DNA of 64,000 nt from Candidatus Omnitrophota bacterium (GCA_022711395.1 JAKLFA010000003.1:98509-162508); one strand, 5' to 3'; numbered from the stretch's first letter, positions 46,777 to 56,103 are shown. Made by a program: numbers and translations. The notes: generated by a model not told the origin, from the letters alone.

Positions 46777-47916
46777 TTAGGAATCATATTCACTCTTAAA
46801 ACTCCCTAGAGAATGCGTATTAATTTTATAAACAGACTCTTCTATTTTATAAATAATAACATTATCAGAATTAAATTCCTGCAGATGGCTTAATGTTGCA
46901 ACCTGACCCGGAACCAATTGAAGTTTTTTTCTTAAAATCCAATTCCCCAATTCTTTATTGGGATCGCTCATTAAAGCTTTACATCCCTGCTGACAAACCT
47001 TTGCTGTCATTTCCCTCCCATCATCTGTAATAAGCTTAAACTTCTGGTCTTTCGGCGGGAAAAAGCCGGGCTTCACCTGATGGATAATCTGTGGAATCGG
47101 AATATAAACTTCATCCGGATGACGAGACCGTCCGCCCGCATTCCATTGGTTAAGGCCGGATTTCAATGAGACTTTTCCTGTTCTTGTACTGTAAAGAGGC
47201 AGAATCACATAATCTGTTTTCTTGATAAGACTGCGATCTACAGTATCCGGCTCACTAAGTTCATCAAGGGCTGCATTTAAAAGCGCCTTGTTTAAAAACC
47301 CGTTAATTTCTACAGCATCAAAATATTGCGCATAACTAAAATCCATAAGAAGAACACTCTTGGATATATTGAATGTATATTTAAAATACTTATCTTCAAA
47401 AGCCACTGACCCCCGTTTTTTTTCGATCCCTCTAATTGAAGGAAGATCAATAGGGATCATAGGACACTCTGCGATATATATTTTCCCTACATCCCGAACA
47501 ACATAATGATAAACGGTGTTTTTAAGGCCGTACGCCTTTACCGTTTCTTCTATCCGCTGATTCCTATATAAAGCAACCTGCTTTATTAAATGATCATCAT
47601 TTGTTAAATCTAATGGGAACTTCGCGCGGTTGTTAAACTCAGCCACTTTTTCTGTCCCGCGCATTGCTGGTTTTGCCAAAAAAGTTTTTACGCCTATCCC
47701 ATCTGTGATCTTAACAGCATCAACCGAAACATCTTTTCGGGTTTCGTCAGAGGCTTCAAAGGCTTTGCAGAAAATTTTTTCAACAACCCGATAAGGCAGA
47801 TACGGTTTTGTATTTCCGCTGAATATTGGACTAAGCTGAGCTGTGCCTAATATAAGCTGTTTGTATTTTTTTCTCTGAGGGGATGATTGTTTAGGATAAA
47901 AGGGGTCAAAAAACAT
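46777..47916 (-). CDS. Putative type II restriction endonuclease (partner of the adjacent C5-methyltransferase)
   Basis: 379 aa with no methyltransferase motifs. Position is immediately downstream of the dcm-like and vsr genes in the same orientation. AT-rich. Confidence 0.5.
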   Translation of the reverse strand: MFFDPFYPKQSSPQRKKYKQLILGTAQLSPIFSGNTKPYLPYRVVEKIFCKAFEASDETRKDVSVDAVKITDGIGVKTFLAKPAMRGTEKVAEFNNRAKFPLDLTNDDHLIKQVALYRNQRIEETVKAYGLKNTVYHYVVRDVGKIYIAECPMIPIDLPSIRGIEKKRGSVAFEDKYFKYTFNISKSVLLMDFSYAQYFDAVEINGFLNKALLNAALDELSEPDTVDRSLIKKTDYVILPLYSTRTGKVSLKSGLNQWNAGGRSRHPDEVYIPIPQIIHQVKPGFFPPKDQKFKLITDDGREMTAKVCQQGCKALMSDPNKELGNWILRKKLQLVPGQVATLSHLQEFNSDNVIIYKIEESVYKINTHSLGSFKSEYDS

Positions 47917-47950
47917 TATCCAGCTGTTCTTTCCATTAGAGCGTTCTGCT

Positions 47951-49012
47951 TCATCCTGCAGCCGGCTCTAATACATTTTGAACTCGATAGGATCCGGCAG
48001 CATTCTGATATTTCATATCTAAAGCAATCCTAATCTTTTCCGCGATACGGCGTATTACAGGAACACTCACAGAATTTCCCATCTGCTTATAAAGATGCGC
48101 TGAGGCTATATCGGGAAGACGAAAATCATCGTCAAACCCCTGCAGGCGGGCACATTCACGCGGAGTCAGCTTGCGAATGCCGTAATTATCACGGACAAGC
48201 GGAACATTATGGCCTCCGGTTCCCATATTTGCTGTCAAAGTCGGGCATACTCCGCTTTTATTCTCCCGAAGATAAACCCTCCGCCACTGATAAACAGTAT
48301 TCTTAGATTTCATCTGTTCATTCAGAACTTTATAAAAACCGCATTTCTCAGTATAGTAATATTTTCTGTCAACTTTCTTTTGTTCTAAAATGTCTCGACG
48401 GACCGTTTTTGTTAATTCACTCTTTTGAGGAAAAGAAAAATTATCAGAACAACTCCCGTCTCCTCTTACCCATGCAGATTCGTCTTGAAAACCGACAATA
48501 TAAATTCTTTCTCTGGTCTGCGGAATATTGCCGTACTCCATTGTATTAAGAACTTTCGGAATAAAAGAATAGCCCGTATCTTTAATTGTTTCTTCCATCA
48601 CGCGGAATGTTCTGCCGTTGTCATGGGCAATAAGATTTTTGACATTTTCTAAAAGAAATGCTTTCGGCTTAAGACTTGTAATTATTTTCATCGTTTCAAA
48701 AAACAAATTACCCCTGGAGTCTTCAAATCCCTTTCTGTAACCGGCAATAGAGAATGCCTGACATGGAAAACCGGAGGTAATAACATCCGTCTTATCAAGA
48801 AAGCTCATCTTCTGATTAACCAAATCATGAACATCGTCTGGAAAGAATTTATGGGAAAAATTGGATTCGTAAGTGATCTTTGCATTCTTATCAAATTCAT
48901 TTGCCCATAAAAGCTGAAAACCTGCCTGTTCAAAGCCTCGGCAGATCCCGCCTATTCCTGCAAATAAACTTCCGACCGTATACTTTGCTTTTTTTACCAT
49001 GTTATGATTCAT
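47951..49012 (-). CDS. dcm: DNA (cytosine-5)-methyltransferase
   Basis: Motif I FAGIGG, motif IV PCQAFS, motif VI ENV. Confidence 0.9.
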   Translation of the reverse strand: MNHNMVKKAKYTVGSLFAGIGGICRGFEQAGFQLLWANEFDKNAKITYESNFSHKFFPDDVHDLVNQKMSFLDKTDVITSGFPCQAFSIAGYRKGFEDSRGNLFFETMKIITSLKPKAFLLENVKNLIAHDNGRTFRVMEETIKDTGYSFIPKVLNTMEYGNIPQTRERIYIVGFQDESAWVRGDGSCSDNFSFPQKSELTKTVRRDILEQKKVDRKYYYTEKCGFYKVLNEQMKSKNTVYQWRRVYLRENKSGVCPTLTANMGTGGHNVPLVRDNYGIRKLTPRECARLQGFDDDFRLPDIASAHLYKQMGNSVSVPVIRRIAEKIRIALDMKYQNAAGSYRVQNVLEPAAG

Positions 49013-49070
49013 TTCAATCCTCCATTTTAAGGGGGAAATTTAAGGAATGAGGATTGAAGCATGTTACCAC

Positions 49071-49505
49071 TCATATGTGTGGAATGTCAATACTTTTCTT
49101 TTCTTCAAACAACGGCTTTAATTTAGAAAAAACTTTTAATTCCTTTTTTACTTCACACTCCCAAACTGTAATAATACGCCAACCATCTTTTTTTAACGCT
49201 CGTTTATTTATTTTATCGCGTTCTAAATTTCTTTCAAGTTTCGGAACCCAATATTTTTTATTTGTTTTTGGTACATTTGCCCGGCGGCATCCTTTATGGC
49301 AATGCCAAAAACATCCGTGAACAAAAACTACAGTTTTATATTTAGGAAGAACTATATCCGGCTTCCCGGGAAGACTTTTTACATGAAGCCCGAATCTAAA
49401 TCCCACCCTATGAAGAATACTTCTAACTATCTTTTCGGGCTTCGTATCCGCGGCCCGTATGCGGGACATATTCCAGCTTCTTTTTTCTCCGCTCAAATGG
49501 TCCAT
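49071..49505 (-). CDS. vsr: Very short patch repair endonuclease
   Basis: SWNMSRIRAADTKPE N-terminus. FVHGCFWHCH zinc motif. Length 144 aa. Confidence 0.9.
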   Translation of the reverse strand: MDHLSGEKRSWNMSRIRAADTKPEKIVRSILHRVGFRFGLHVKSLPGKPDIVLPKYKTVVFVHGCFWHCHKGCRRANVPKTNKKYWVPKLERNLERDKINKRALKKDGWRIITVWECEVKKELKVFSKLKPLFEEKKSIDIPHI

Positions 49506-49620
49506 ATGTCAGTTCATCACTAATATTTTCTGTATGATTATACCATTAACAAACTGCTGTAAAATCGTTTATTCTTTATTTCGAGATGTCTGCCATATTA
49601 AATTCATCAGATTTTTCCTG

Positions 49621-51207
49621 TCACCAATCAATCGGAAAGTAGTCTTTGAGGAATTTGCCGCACCAGTGTTTGCCCGTGAGGATGCCGCTAAAGAACGGAT
49701 CGCACACCCGCGCCGCGCCGTCCACAATGTCCAAGGGCGGCTGAAAATCATGCTGCTCCTGCTTAAACGCTGCCAGGGCGGCCGGATCTTCGTCCGTCAC
49801 CCAGCCGGTATCGACCGCGTTCATGTAGATGCCGTGCCCGGCCAACTCTGCCGCGGCCGTGTGCGTCAGCATGTTGAGCGCGGCCTTGGCCATGTTGGTG
49901 TGGGGATGGCGTTCGCTTTTTTTAAAACGCAAAAACTTCCCCTCCATGGCCGACACATTGACGATGTGTTTCTGCCCCGTCACGTCGCGCTTCATCATCG
50001 GGATGAGCCGGTTGCACAAGACAAACGGCGCGATCGCGTTCACCAGCTGAAGCTCGAGCATCTCAGCGGTCGGAACTTCGCCGAGCTTTAGCCGCCAGCT
50101 GTTGGTCGCACGCAAATCCACCTGCTGAAGATCCGCGTCGAGCTTTCCGCTGGGGAAAACTTCCTGAGTGTTCAGCGCATGATCATACGCGTAGGGGATC
50201 TGCGAGAGTGCGGCGGATGCGCGCAACCCTATCCCCGGCGTTCGGCCCGTCCAGCTGACCGGCAGGCCTTTCTCTGAGCTGAGGGCGTCTTTTGAAAAAG
50301 ACGCGAGCCTTTGCTTGCATTCTTCAAAATCATCCATCAACGAAAGCGCCTCGATCGGAATTTCAAAATGCGCCTTCGCTTCATTGGCCATCAGGTGTTT
50401 ATAAAACCCCGGCGGGCGCCTCACGGTCTGGGCCGCGTTGTTGATCAAAATATCCAGGCGGTCATATTTTTGTTCCACAAAAGAACAGAAGATCTCCACG
50501 CTCGGTGTATGCCGCAAGTCCAGCCCGTAGATGTGCAAACGGCTTTTCCAGTTTTCAAAATCCTCTTCTTTGGAATACCTGAGCGCCGAATCCACCGGAA
50601 AGCGTGTGGTGGCGATGACCCTCGCTCCGGCGCGCAGCATCATGAGCGTCGCCTGATATCCGATCTTTAAACGCGAGCCAGTGATGAGCGCGACCCGCCC
50701 CTCAAGAGAGGCGGTCTGAAAGCGTTTTTGATAATTCAACTCTGCGCACGACGGGCACATGGAGTCATAAAAAAAGTGGAGTTTGGTGTACTCGGCCTTG
50801 CAGACATAACAGTTGCGGGCGGATTTCAGCTCTGGTGGTGGCGCCTTCGGGGGCTGCGGCTCCTCCGGCGTTTGCGGGTCGTGGGCCTGCGCCTCTTCAA
50901 ACGCAATTTGTTTGGGCGCGCTGAACACTTTGGCCTCGCGCGCTTTGCGGATGCCTGTGTTGGCGCGGGCCATGCGTTCGTGCGTGCGGGTGCGCTGGCG
51001 TTTGGCTTTGCGGATCTCGCGTTTGCGCGCGACGATCTCATCGCCGTTGGGCTGCGCGAGCCTCCCTGCGGCTTTCAAAAGCTGGATGCGTTCTTTTTCA
51101 GATAATTGAGCGAGCTTGGAGCTGTCTTCAACTAAACCTTCAAGGATCGAAATGCATTCCGCGATTCGTTCAGGTGATGGAGTGATCGGATTTTTTGGGG
51201 TGGTCAT
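49621..51207 (-). CDS. SDR-family oxidoreductase with an N-terminal charged/zinc-ribbon extension
   Basis: [25 protein letters not shown] Rossmann motif and NNAAQ. N-terminal CYVCK...CPSC. Confidence 0.75.
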   Translation of the reverse strand: MTTPKNPITPSPERIAECISILEGLVEDSSKLAQLSEKERIQLLKAAGRLAQPNGDEIVARKREIRKAKRQRTRTHERMARANTGIRKAREAKVFSAPKQIAFEEAQAHDPQTPEEPQPPKAPPPELKSARNCYVCKAEYTKLHFFYDSMCPSCAELNYQKRFQTASLEGRVALITGSRLKIGYQATLMMLRAGARVIATTRFPVDSALRYSKEEDFENWKSRLHIYGLDLRHTPSVEIFCSFVEQKYDRLDILINNAAQTVRRPPGFYKHLMANEAKAHFEIPIEALSLMDDFEECKQRLASFSKDALSSEKGLPVSWTGRTPGIGLRASAALSQIPYAYDHALNTQEVFPSGKLDADLQQVDLRATNSWRLKLGEVPTAEMLELQLVNAIAPFVLCNRLIPMMKRDVTGQKHIVNVSAMEGKFLRFKKSERHPHTNMAKAALNMLTHTAAAELAGHGIYMNAVDTGWVTDEDPAALAAFKQEQHDFQPPLDIVDGAARVCDPFFSGILTGKHWCGKFLKDYFPIDW

Positions 51208-51239
51208 AGGGGAAGATTATAGCATGACTTTTAACAAAA

Positions 51240-51370
51240 GACACTAGGACACTACGGCACTACGACACTAAAAACCTTAAAACCCTAGTCACTAAGTACC
51301 AATGTCTTAGTGTCTTAGTGCCTTAGTGCCTTAGTGCCTTAGTGCCTTAGTGTCTTAGTGCCTTAGTGTA
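51240..51370. repeat. Octamer-repeat palindromic element, copy C
   Basis: AGACACTAGGACACTACGGCACTACGACACTAAAAACCTTAAAACC, then a hairpin with loop TACCAATGT, then 8 CTTAGTG(C/T) octamers. It overlaps the last codons of the STAS-like gene. Confidence 0.9.
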
Positions 51371-51716
51371 ACAGCCATTCCAACGCATCGGCCCGATCGC
51401 GAAAACTGTGGACGTTAGCGCCCCGGTTGACCGAGATGTTTTCAGCGAATCGCATATTTTGTTCAAGCGTGTCAAGGAAGGCGACTTTCAGATCGCCGAA
51501 ATGCGTCTTTGAATGGGACCCCAGCTCTGCCTTATCCAGTTCTGGGATGGAGCCTTTCAGATGTGTCAGATCAATGAGGATCTTATTTTTGCCGCGGGCG
51601 CGGGCCTCCTCCGCCGCGGTCTGCCCGCTTTCCAGAAACCGCTCAAAAGAATATTTGCCCTCCAAGATCACCTCTAAATAAAGTTCTTCCTCAATGGTTG
51701 TCACCTTGAAACTCAT
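51363..51716 (-). CDS. STAS/SpoIIAA-like domain protein (DUF4325-like), hypothetical
   Basis: 117 aa with a KILIDLTHL core. Bracketed by repeat copies C and D. Confidence 0.45.
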   Translation of the reverse strand: MSFKVTTIEEELYLEVILEGKYSFERFLESGQTAAEEARARGKNKILIDLTHLKGSIPELDKAELGSHSKTHFGDLKVAFLDTLEQNMRFAENISVNRGANVHSFRDRADALEWLLH

Positions 51717-51786
51717 AGAGCATGCCCCCTGTTGTTGGAATAGAAAATATTATAAAACATGAAGCGCGGAAGGTAAAGCATTTAAC

Positions 51787-51954
51787 TAAGACACTGAGAC
51801 ACTACGACACTGAAAACCTTCAAACAGGACACCCTGACAATACGGCACTAGGGCACTAAAATCTTAAAAACATTAAAACCAAACAGTCAAAAAAAAGGCA
51901 CCAAGAGCTTCCAATGTCTTGGTGCCTTAGTGCCTTAGTGTCACAGTGCCTTAA
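51787..51954. repeat. Octamer-repeat palindromic element, copy D (more diverged)
   Basis: TAAGACACTGAGACACTACGACACTGAAAACCTTCAAAC ..., a central perfect hairpin GGCACCAAG-AGCTTCCAATGT-CTTGGTGCC, then CTTAGTGC octamers. Confidence 0.85.
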
Positions 51955-51961
51955 TTAGCGC

Positions 51962-52516
51962 CTATTTATTTTTTTTCCGTAAAAACGCGCCGGCCAGTCC
52001 GGTCGAAAAAAGCAGCATCGTCGCCGGTTCGGGGACCGCGTTAGGAGCAGTAACATCTCCGATCGTGACCCGGTAACTGTTCAAAGAAAGAGCGCCTAAC
52101 AAACGCGTGTGATTGGGATCATCAACGCTCCAATAATTCAACTGAGGATCGGAATTGGATGTGTAAATACCATCCGGCAAAATGTCATATCCCGGCGCAT
52201 TGGCAAGACCAAGCCCCATAGGAATCAGGGTCGTTCCACTATAGACCCCCCAATAACTTCCCATGTTATAATCTATTCTTACAGCCGGAGAATATTCCCC
52301 GTTCAAAAGCGGATAACCATTCGATTGCCCCCCCGCCAACTCATCCCCGTCAGAAATAACCGTGAACGGAAGCCATACCCGGTAAGCCCCGGATTCAGCT
52401 ATATCCGTATAGGTCACATTCGGGTCCGTCCCCCAAAACCATGTCAGCGCAAAAGCATCGGACGCCAGGATAAGCGTCACAGTCAGAACTACGGTTAAAA
52501 TTATTCCTTTTTTCAT
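51962..52516 (-). CDS. PEP-CTERM sorting-domain protein
   Basis: Signal peptide. C-terminal VPEPATMLLFSTGLAGAFLRKKNK. Confidence 0.85.
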   Translation of the reverse strand: MKKGIILTVVLTVTLILASDAFALTWFWGTDPNVTYTDIAESGAYRVWLPFTVISDGDELAGGQSNGYPLLNGEYSPAVRIDYNMGSYWGVYSGTTLIPMGLGLANAPGYDILPDGIYTSNSDPQLNYWSVDDPNHTRLLGALSLNSYRVTIGDVTAPNAVPEPATMLLFSTGLAGAFLRKKNK

Positions 52517-52546
52517 TTTCCCCTCTTTCTATTTTTGACTTTCCCT

Positions 52547-53188
52547 CTACGCTTTACGCTTTCGCTTTTTTAGCGCCATACCCGTCAGCCCCGCGCCGAA
52601 CAAAAGCATCGTCGCCGGTTCCGGAACTGCCGATGTCCCGTCCCCCCGGACAGTAAGATCATCAATAAAAACTTCGCTTCTGCTCGTTATGTCGGACACC
52701 TTTAGACTTATTTTTGAAATAACACTATCGATATTAAAACTCAACTCCCGGTATGTGGAATCTGCCACCCCGGAATTGACAGGGTTTTTACTAAAAACAT
52801 ACCCCGCCGAAGGATCGGGATCAAAAGCAACTCCATCCAGATAGATAAATCCCTGCGATCCCCAGTTTCCGAATAATTCGATGTCTTTAAATGATAGCAT
52901 CGAGACATACGTCGGCTCATCGAAATCAATGTTCAAAATTGTTTCATAACTCGAAAAACAGCTTGCACCGCAGGTCGAACGGCCAAAACCAAACGCCTTG
53001 GTGCTGCCAAAAACAGTTTGATCAACGATGCCTGGATCAGAAGAAAAACTTCCCGCTGAAGAAAATGAAGCTCGTGGATCCAGAACACCATCTTCAAAAT
53101 TTTCAGAAAATATGACAAGCGCAAACGCATCGGACGCCAACATAAGCGTCACAGCCAGAACCGCAGTTAAAATTATGCCTTTTTTCAT
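52547..53188 (-). CDS. PEP-CTERM sorting-domain protein
   Basis: Signal peptide identical in style to its neighbour (MKKGIILTAVLAVTLMLASDAFA). C-terminal [26 protein letters not shown]. Confidence 0.85.
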   Translation of the reverse strand: MKKGIILTAVLAVTLMLASDAFALVIFSENFEDGVLDPRASFSSAGSFSSDPGIVDQTVFGSTKAFGFGRSTCGASCFSSYETILNIDFDEPTYVSMLSFKDIELFGNWGSQGFIYLDGVAFDPDPSAGYVFSKNPVNSGVADSTYRELSFNIDSVISKISLKVSDITSRSEVFIDDLTVRGDGTSAVPEPATMLLFGAGLTGMALKKRKRKA

Positions 53189-53248
53189 TTCGCCTCTCTT
53201 TCTATTTTTGACTTTCCCTCTACACTTTACGCTTTACCCTTCGCAAGC

Positions 53249-53830
53249 TCAGGACTCCCTGCGGTCGCTCTTTCTGAAAGCCATACCTGTTAATCCAACG
53301 CCAAAAAGCAGCATCGTCGCCGGCTCAGGGACCGCGTTGCTACCATTTCGGCTTTCGTATTCAACAATATAGCCGGAGACATTCCCGGGAGAATTGTAAT
53401 CTCCGATATCATTCCACCCTCCGCCCGCCGGATGAAACTGAAGATAATCTTCCGTAACGTTGCCGTAAGCGCCGTCATTGGGCTCTTCGCTCCTCCAAGC
53501 CGTATAATCCCATGTCTCTCCTGTTACCCATGTCCACACGCCTTCTGTTTCCATGTCTGTTCCGCCTAACAAATAACCATCAAGATTTCCAAAGGTTGTC
53601 TTCAGCCAGGTTTCTTCGGCAGAACTGGTTAACGTGGCAAGATGGCCTGAAAATCCAAGATACGTTGACTCCGACGCGGCTTTATTTGCATCGGTCCAAT
53701 AATAGAATCCGGACACGAGATCATAGTAATTCCCATTGCCCAGCCATTGTATCGGCATTGCGAATGAGGGCTTGGTCGCAACTAAACTCATGCAGATAAT
53801 GCTAAAGGTGATCGTTGCTATTTTTTTCAT
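53249..53830 (-). CDS. PEP-CTERM protein with a C-type lectin-like domain
   Basis: The WTDA...GHLATLTS...GGTDMETEGVWTW...EPND...WNDIGDY pattern parallels the CTLD fold. C-terminal VPEPATMLLFGVGLTGMAFRK. Confidence 0.7.
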   Translation of the reverse strand: MKKIATITFSIICMSLVATKPSFAMPIQWLGNGNYYDLVSGFYYWTDANKAASESTYLGFSGHLATLTSSAEETWLKTTFGNLDGYLLGGTDMETEGVWTWVTGETWDYTAWRSEEPNDGAYGNVTEDYLQFHPAGGGWNDIGDYNSPGNVSGYIVEYESRNGSNAVPEPATMLLFGVGLTGMAFRKSDRRES

Positions 53831-53863
53831 TCTTTTCCCTTTTTTAAATTAGGTAGTTATGAT

Positions 53864-54460
53864 TTAAACTTTTCGCCTTCTTAATGCTAATCCCGTCAAG
53901 CCTGCGCCAAAAAGCACCATCGTCGCCGGCTCAGGGACCGCGTTGGTCTGCGCGCCTGCTGCCGTGCCCCAAAGCTCGATCTCAGACATGCCGGACCAGT
54001 GCGAACCGCCGACAATCTCATGCTTGGCATATCGGATATCGATCCCCGCGATGCCGAAATCCAGAAAATACTGCGAATCAGTCGGATCCGCGGATTCATC
54101 CACAAAAATTCCCGATGCGCGCAGCGTCCAGTCGTTTCCGTTGGTTCCCGTATAAAAATTATAAATATTGGTATACCCGGCATACATCCCGTCATTGTCA
54201 TCCCAAAACCCGTAGATCTGATTGACGTTTTGGACCGATCCCAGATCCAGCATCACCCAATTCGGGCTTGTGGGAGATCCGTGGTCGCCAGCATTCCAGA
54301 TCGTTGAATAACTTCCATCGTTCACATTGGCAGGCACCATCGTGGAATACGAACTGTTGGCTGTCGCGCTTGCCGAAAGCGCCAAATTAGTCAATGCCTG
54401 CGCTTGAGCCGGCATCAGACAAAAAACCATCACCATCGCAACAAATAATTTCTTCAGCAT
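53864..54460 (-). CDS. PEP-CTERM protein with a discoidin/F5-8 type C-like domain
   Basis: Start at MLKKLF with an [22 protein letters not shown]...[13 protein letters not shown]...NWVMLDLG motif. C-terminal [24 protein letters not shown]. Confidence 0.7.
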   Translation of the reverse strand: MLKKLFVAMVMVFCLMPAQAQALTNLALSASATANSSYSTMVPANVNDGSYSTIWNAGDHGSPTSPNWVMLDLGSVQNVNQIYGFWDDNDGMYAGYTNIYNFYTGTNGNDWTLRASGIFVDESADPTDSQYFLDFGIAGIDIRYAKHEIVGGSHWSGMSEIELWGTAAGAQTNAVPEPATMVLFGAGLTGLALRRRKV

Positions 54461-54713
54461 GTTCCCCCCTCTTTTTAAAAAACAAACTGGCTGACAGCCC
54501 TCCAATCAGGCTGTCCCTGTTGATTAAAAACCGATTTGACACTTAGATTCTAATAAAGAAGCAATTTCCAAGCCAAAATTCATGGAAATTTAAAATATTT
54601 TATAAATTAAGCAACAGCGCCCTGATGATGAAAAAAACGGAAGAATTAGGAATCCTCCAGCAACAGGAACCCTGCTTATTGTATTCAAAAAAATTAACAT
54701 CCATGATGAAAAT

Positions 54714-54763
54714 AGGGGACAGCGACCTGATTCATTAATTCATTAATTAGGGCGCTGTCCCCT
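54714..54763. promoter_or_regulatory. 15-bp inverted repeat (operator or attenuator-like) upstream of the MFS transporter, with a TACAAT -10 box at 54773-54778
   Basis: AGGGGACAGCGACCT-N20 (AT-rich)-AGGGCGCTGTCCCCT. A third half-site-like copy ACAGCGCCCT lies at 54614-54623. Confidence 0.45.
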
Positions 54764-54816
54764 ATTTAGTGCTACAATATCCCTCCATATCCACCTCTTG
54801 GACAAGGTGTTAAATT

Positions 54817-56103
54817 ATGCATAATATCGGAAACATCTTTCGCGCGCTGCGCAACAAAAACTACCGCCTCTTCTTCTGCGGGCAGAGCGTCTCTTTGATC
54901 GGGACCTGGATGCAATCGATCGCCATCAGCTGGCTGGCCTACCGGATGAGCAATTCCATTTTTGTGCTGGGCCTTGTGGGCTTCGCCCTGCAGATCCCGA
55001 CGTTCGTGCTCTCGCCTTTGGCCGGGATCGCCGCCGACCGCCACGACCGTCACCGGCTGTTGATCGTGACCCAGGCGCTGTCGATGCTGCAGGCGCTCAT
55101 CCTCGCCGCCCTGGTCATGAGCAATGTCATCACCATCTGGCAGATCGTAGTCTTAAGTATCTTTTTAGGAACGGTCAACGCCTTTGATATCCCGATCCGG
55201 CAGGCTTTTCTTCTGGAAATGATCGACAACAAAGAGGACCTGGGCAATGCCGTGGCCCTCAATTCATCCATGGTCAACATGGCCCGGCTCATCGGCCCGT
55301 CGATCGCAGGGTTTCTGATCGCCATGGTCGGCGAAGGGGTCTGCTTTTTGATCAACGGCATCAGTTATGTGGCGGTCTTAAGCTCACTGTTTATGATGCG
55401 CGTCAAAAAACGCGAGCCCGCGGTCCACACCGCGGACATTTTGACCCGGATCAAAGAAGGGGTCGTCTACGCCTATAATTTTGTGCCGATCCGGATCCTG
55501 TTATCGACGCTGGGGCTGATCAGCCTGGTGGGCGGCGGGCTGCAGACACTGATGCCGGTCTTTGCCCGGGAAATTTTCCGCGGAGGGCCGCAGACCTTAG
55601 GGGTCCTCATGGCGGCGACTGGGCTGGGCGCTTTGAGCGGAGCGGTCTTTCTGGCGAGCCGTGACACGGTCTTAGGGATGGGGCGGCTGATCGGCAGGGT
55701 CACGATCGTTTTCGGCCTGTGCATCATCGCCTTCTCGGTCTCGAACATCCTCGCGCTGTCTCTGGTTCTGCTTTTTGTCGCCGGGTTCAGCATGATGGTG
55801 CATATGGCCTCCAGCAACACGCTTTTGCAGCTTATTACCGAAGAGGACAAGCGCGGGCGGGTGATGAGTTTTTATACCATGGCCTTCATGGGAACGGTCC
55901 CCATCGGAAGCATTGCCGCCGGAAGCCTCGCGGCGCGCTCCAACGTGCACATTGTGCTGTTCGGCTGCGGAATCCTCTGCCTCGTTGCCTCCGCGCTCTT
56001 TTGGAAAAAACTCCCGGTCCTTAGAGAACAGATCCGTCCGATCTACGCCGAAAAAGGCATCATTCCGCAGGTGGCCAAAGGGATCGGGCAAGTGACGACC
56101 TAG
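54817..56103 (+). CDS. MFS transporter (EntS/MFS_3-like exporter)
   Basis: 12 TM helices; length 428 aa. Confidence 0.85.
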   Translation: MHNIGNIFRALRNKNYRLFFCGQSVSLIGTWMQSIAISWLAYRMSNSIFVLGLVGFALQIPTFVLSPLAGIAADRHDRHRLLIVTQALSMLQALILAALVMSNVITIWQIVVLSIFLGTVNAFDIPIRQAFLLEMIDNKEDLGNAVALNSSMVNMARLIGPSIAGFLIAMVGEGVCFLINGISYVAVLSSLFMMRVKKREPAVHTADILTRIKEGVVYAYNFVPIRILLSTLGLISLVGGGLQTLMPVFAREIFRGGPQTLGVLMAATGLGALSGAVFLASRDTVLGMGRLIGRVTIVFGLCIIAFSVSNILALSLVLLFVAGFSMMVHMASSNTLLQLITEEDKRGRVMSFYTMAFMGTVPIGSIAAGSLAARSNVHIVLFGCGILCLVASALFWKKLPVLREQIRPIYAEKGIIPQVAKGIGQVTT

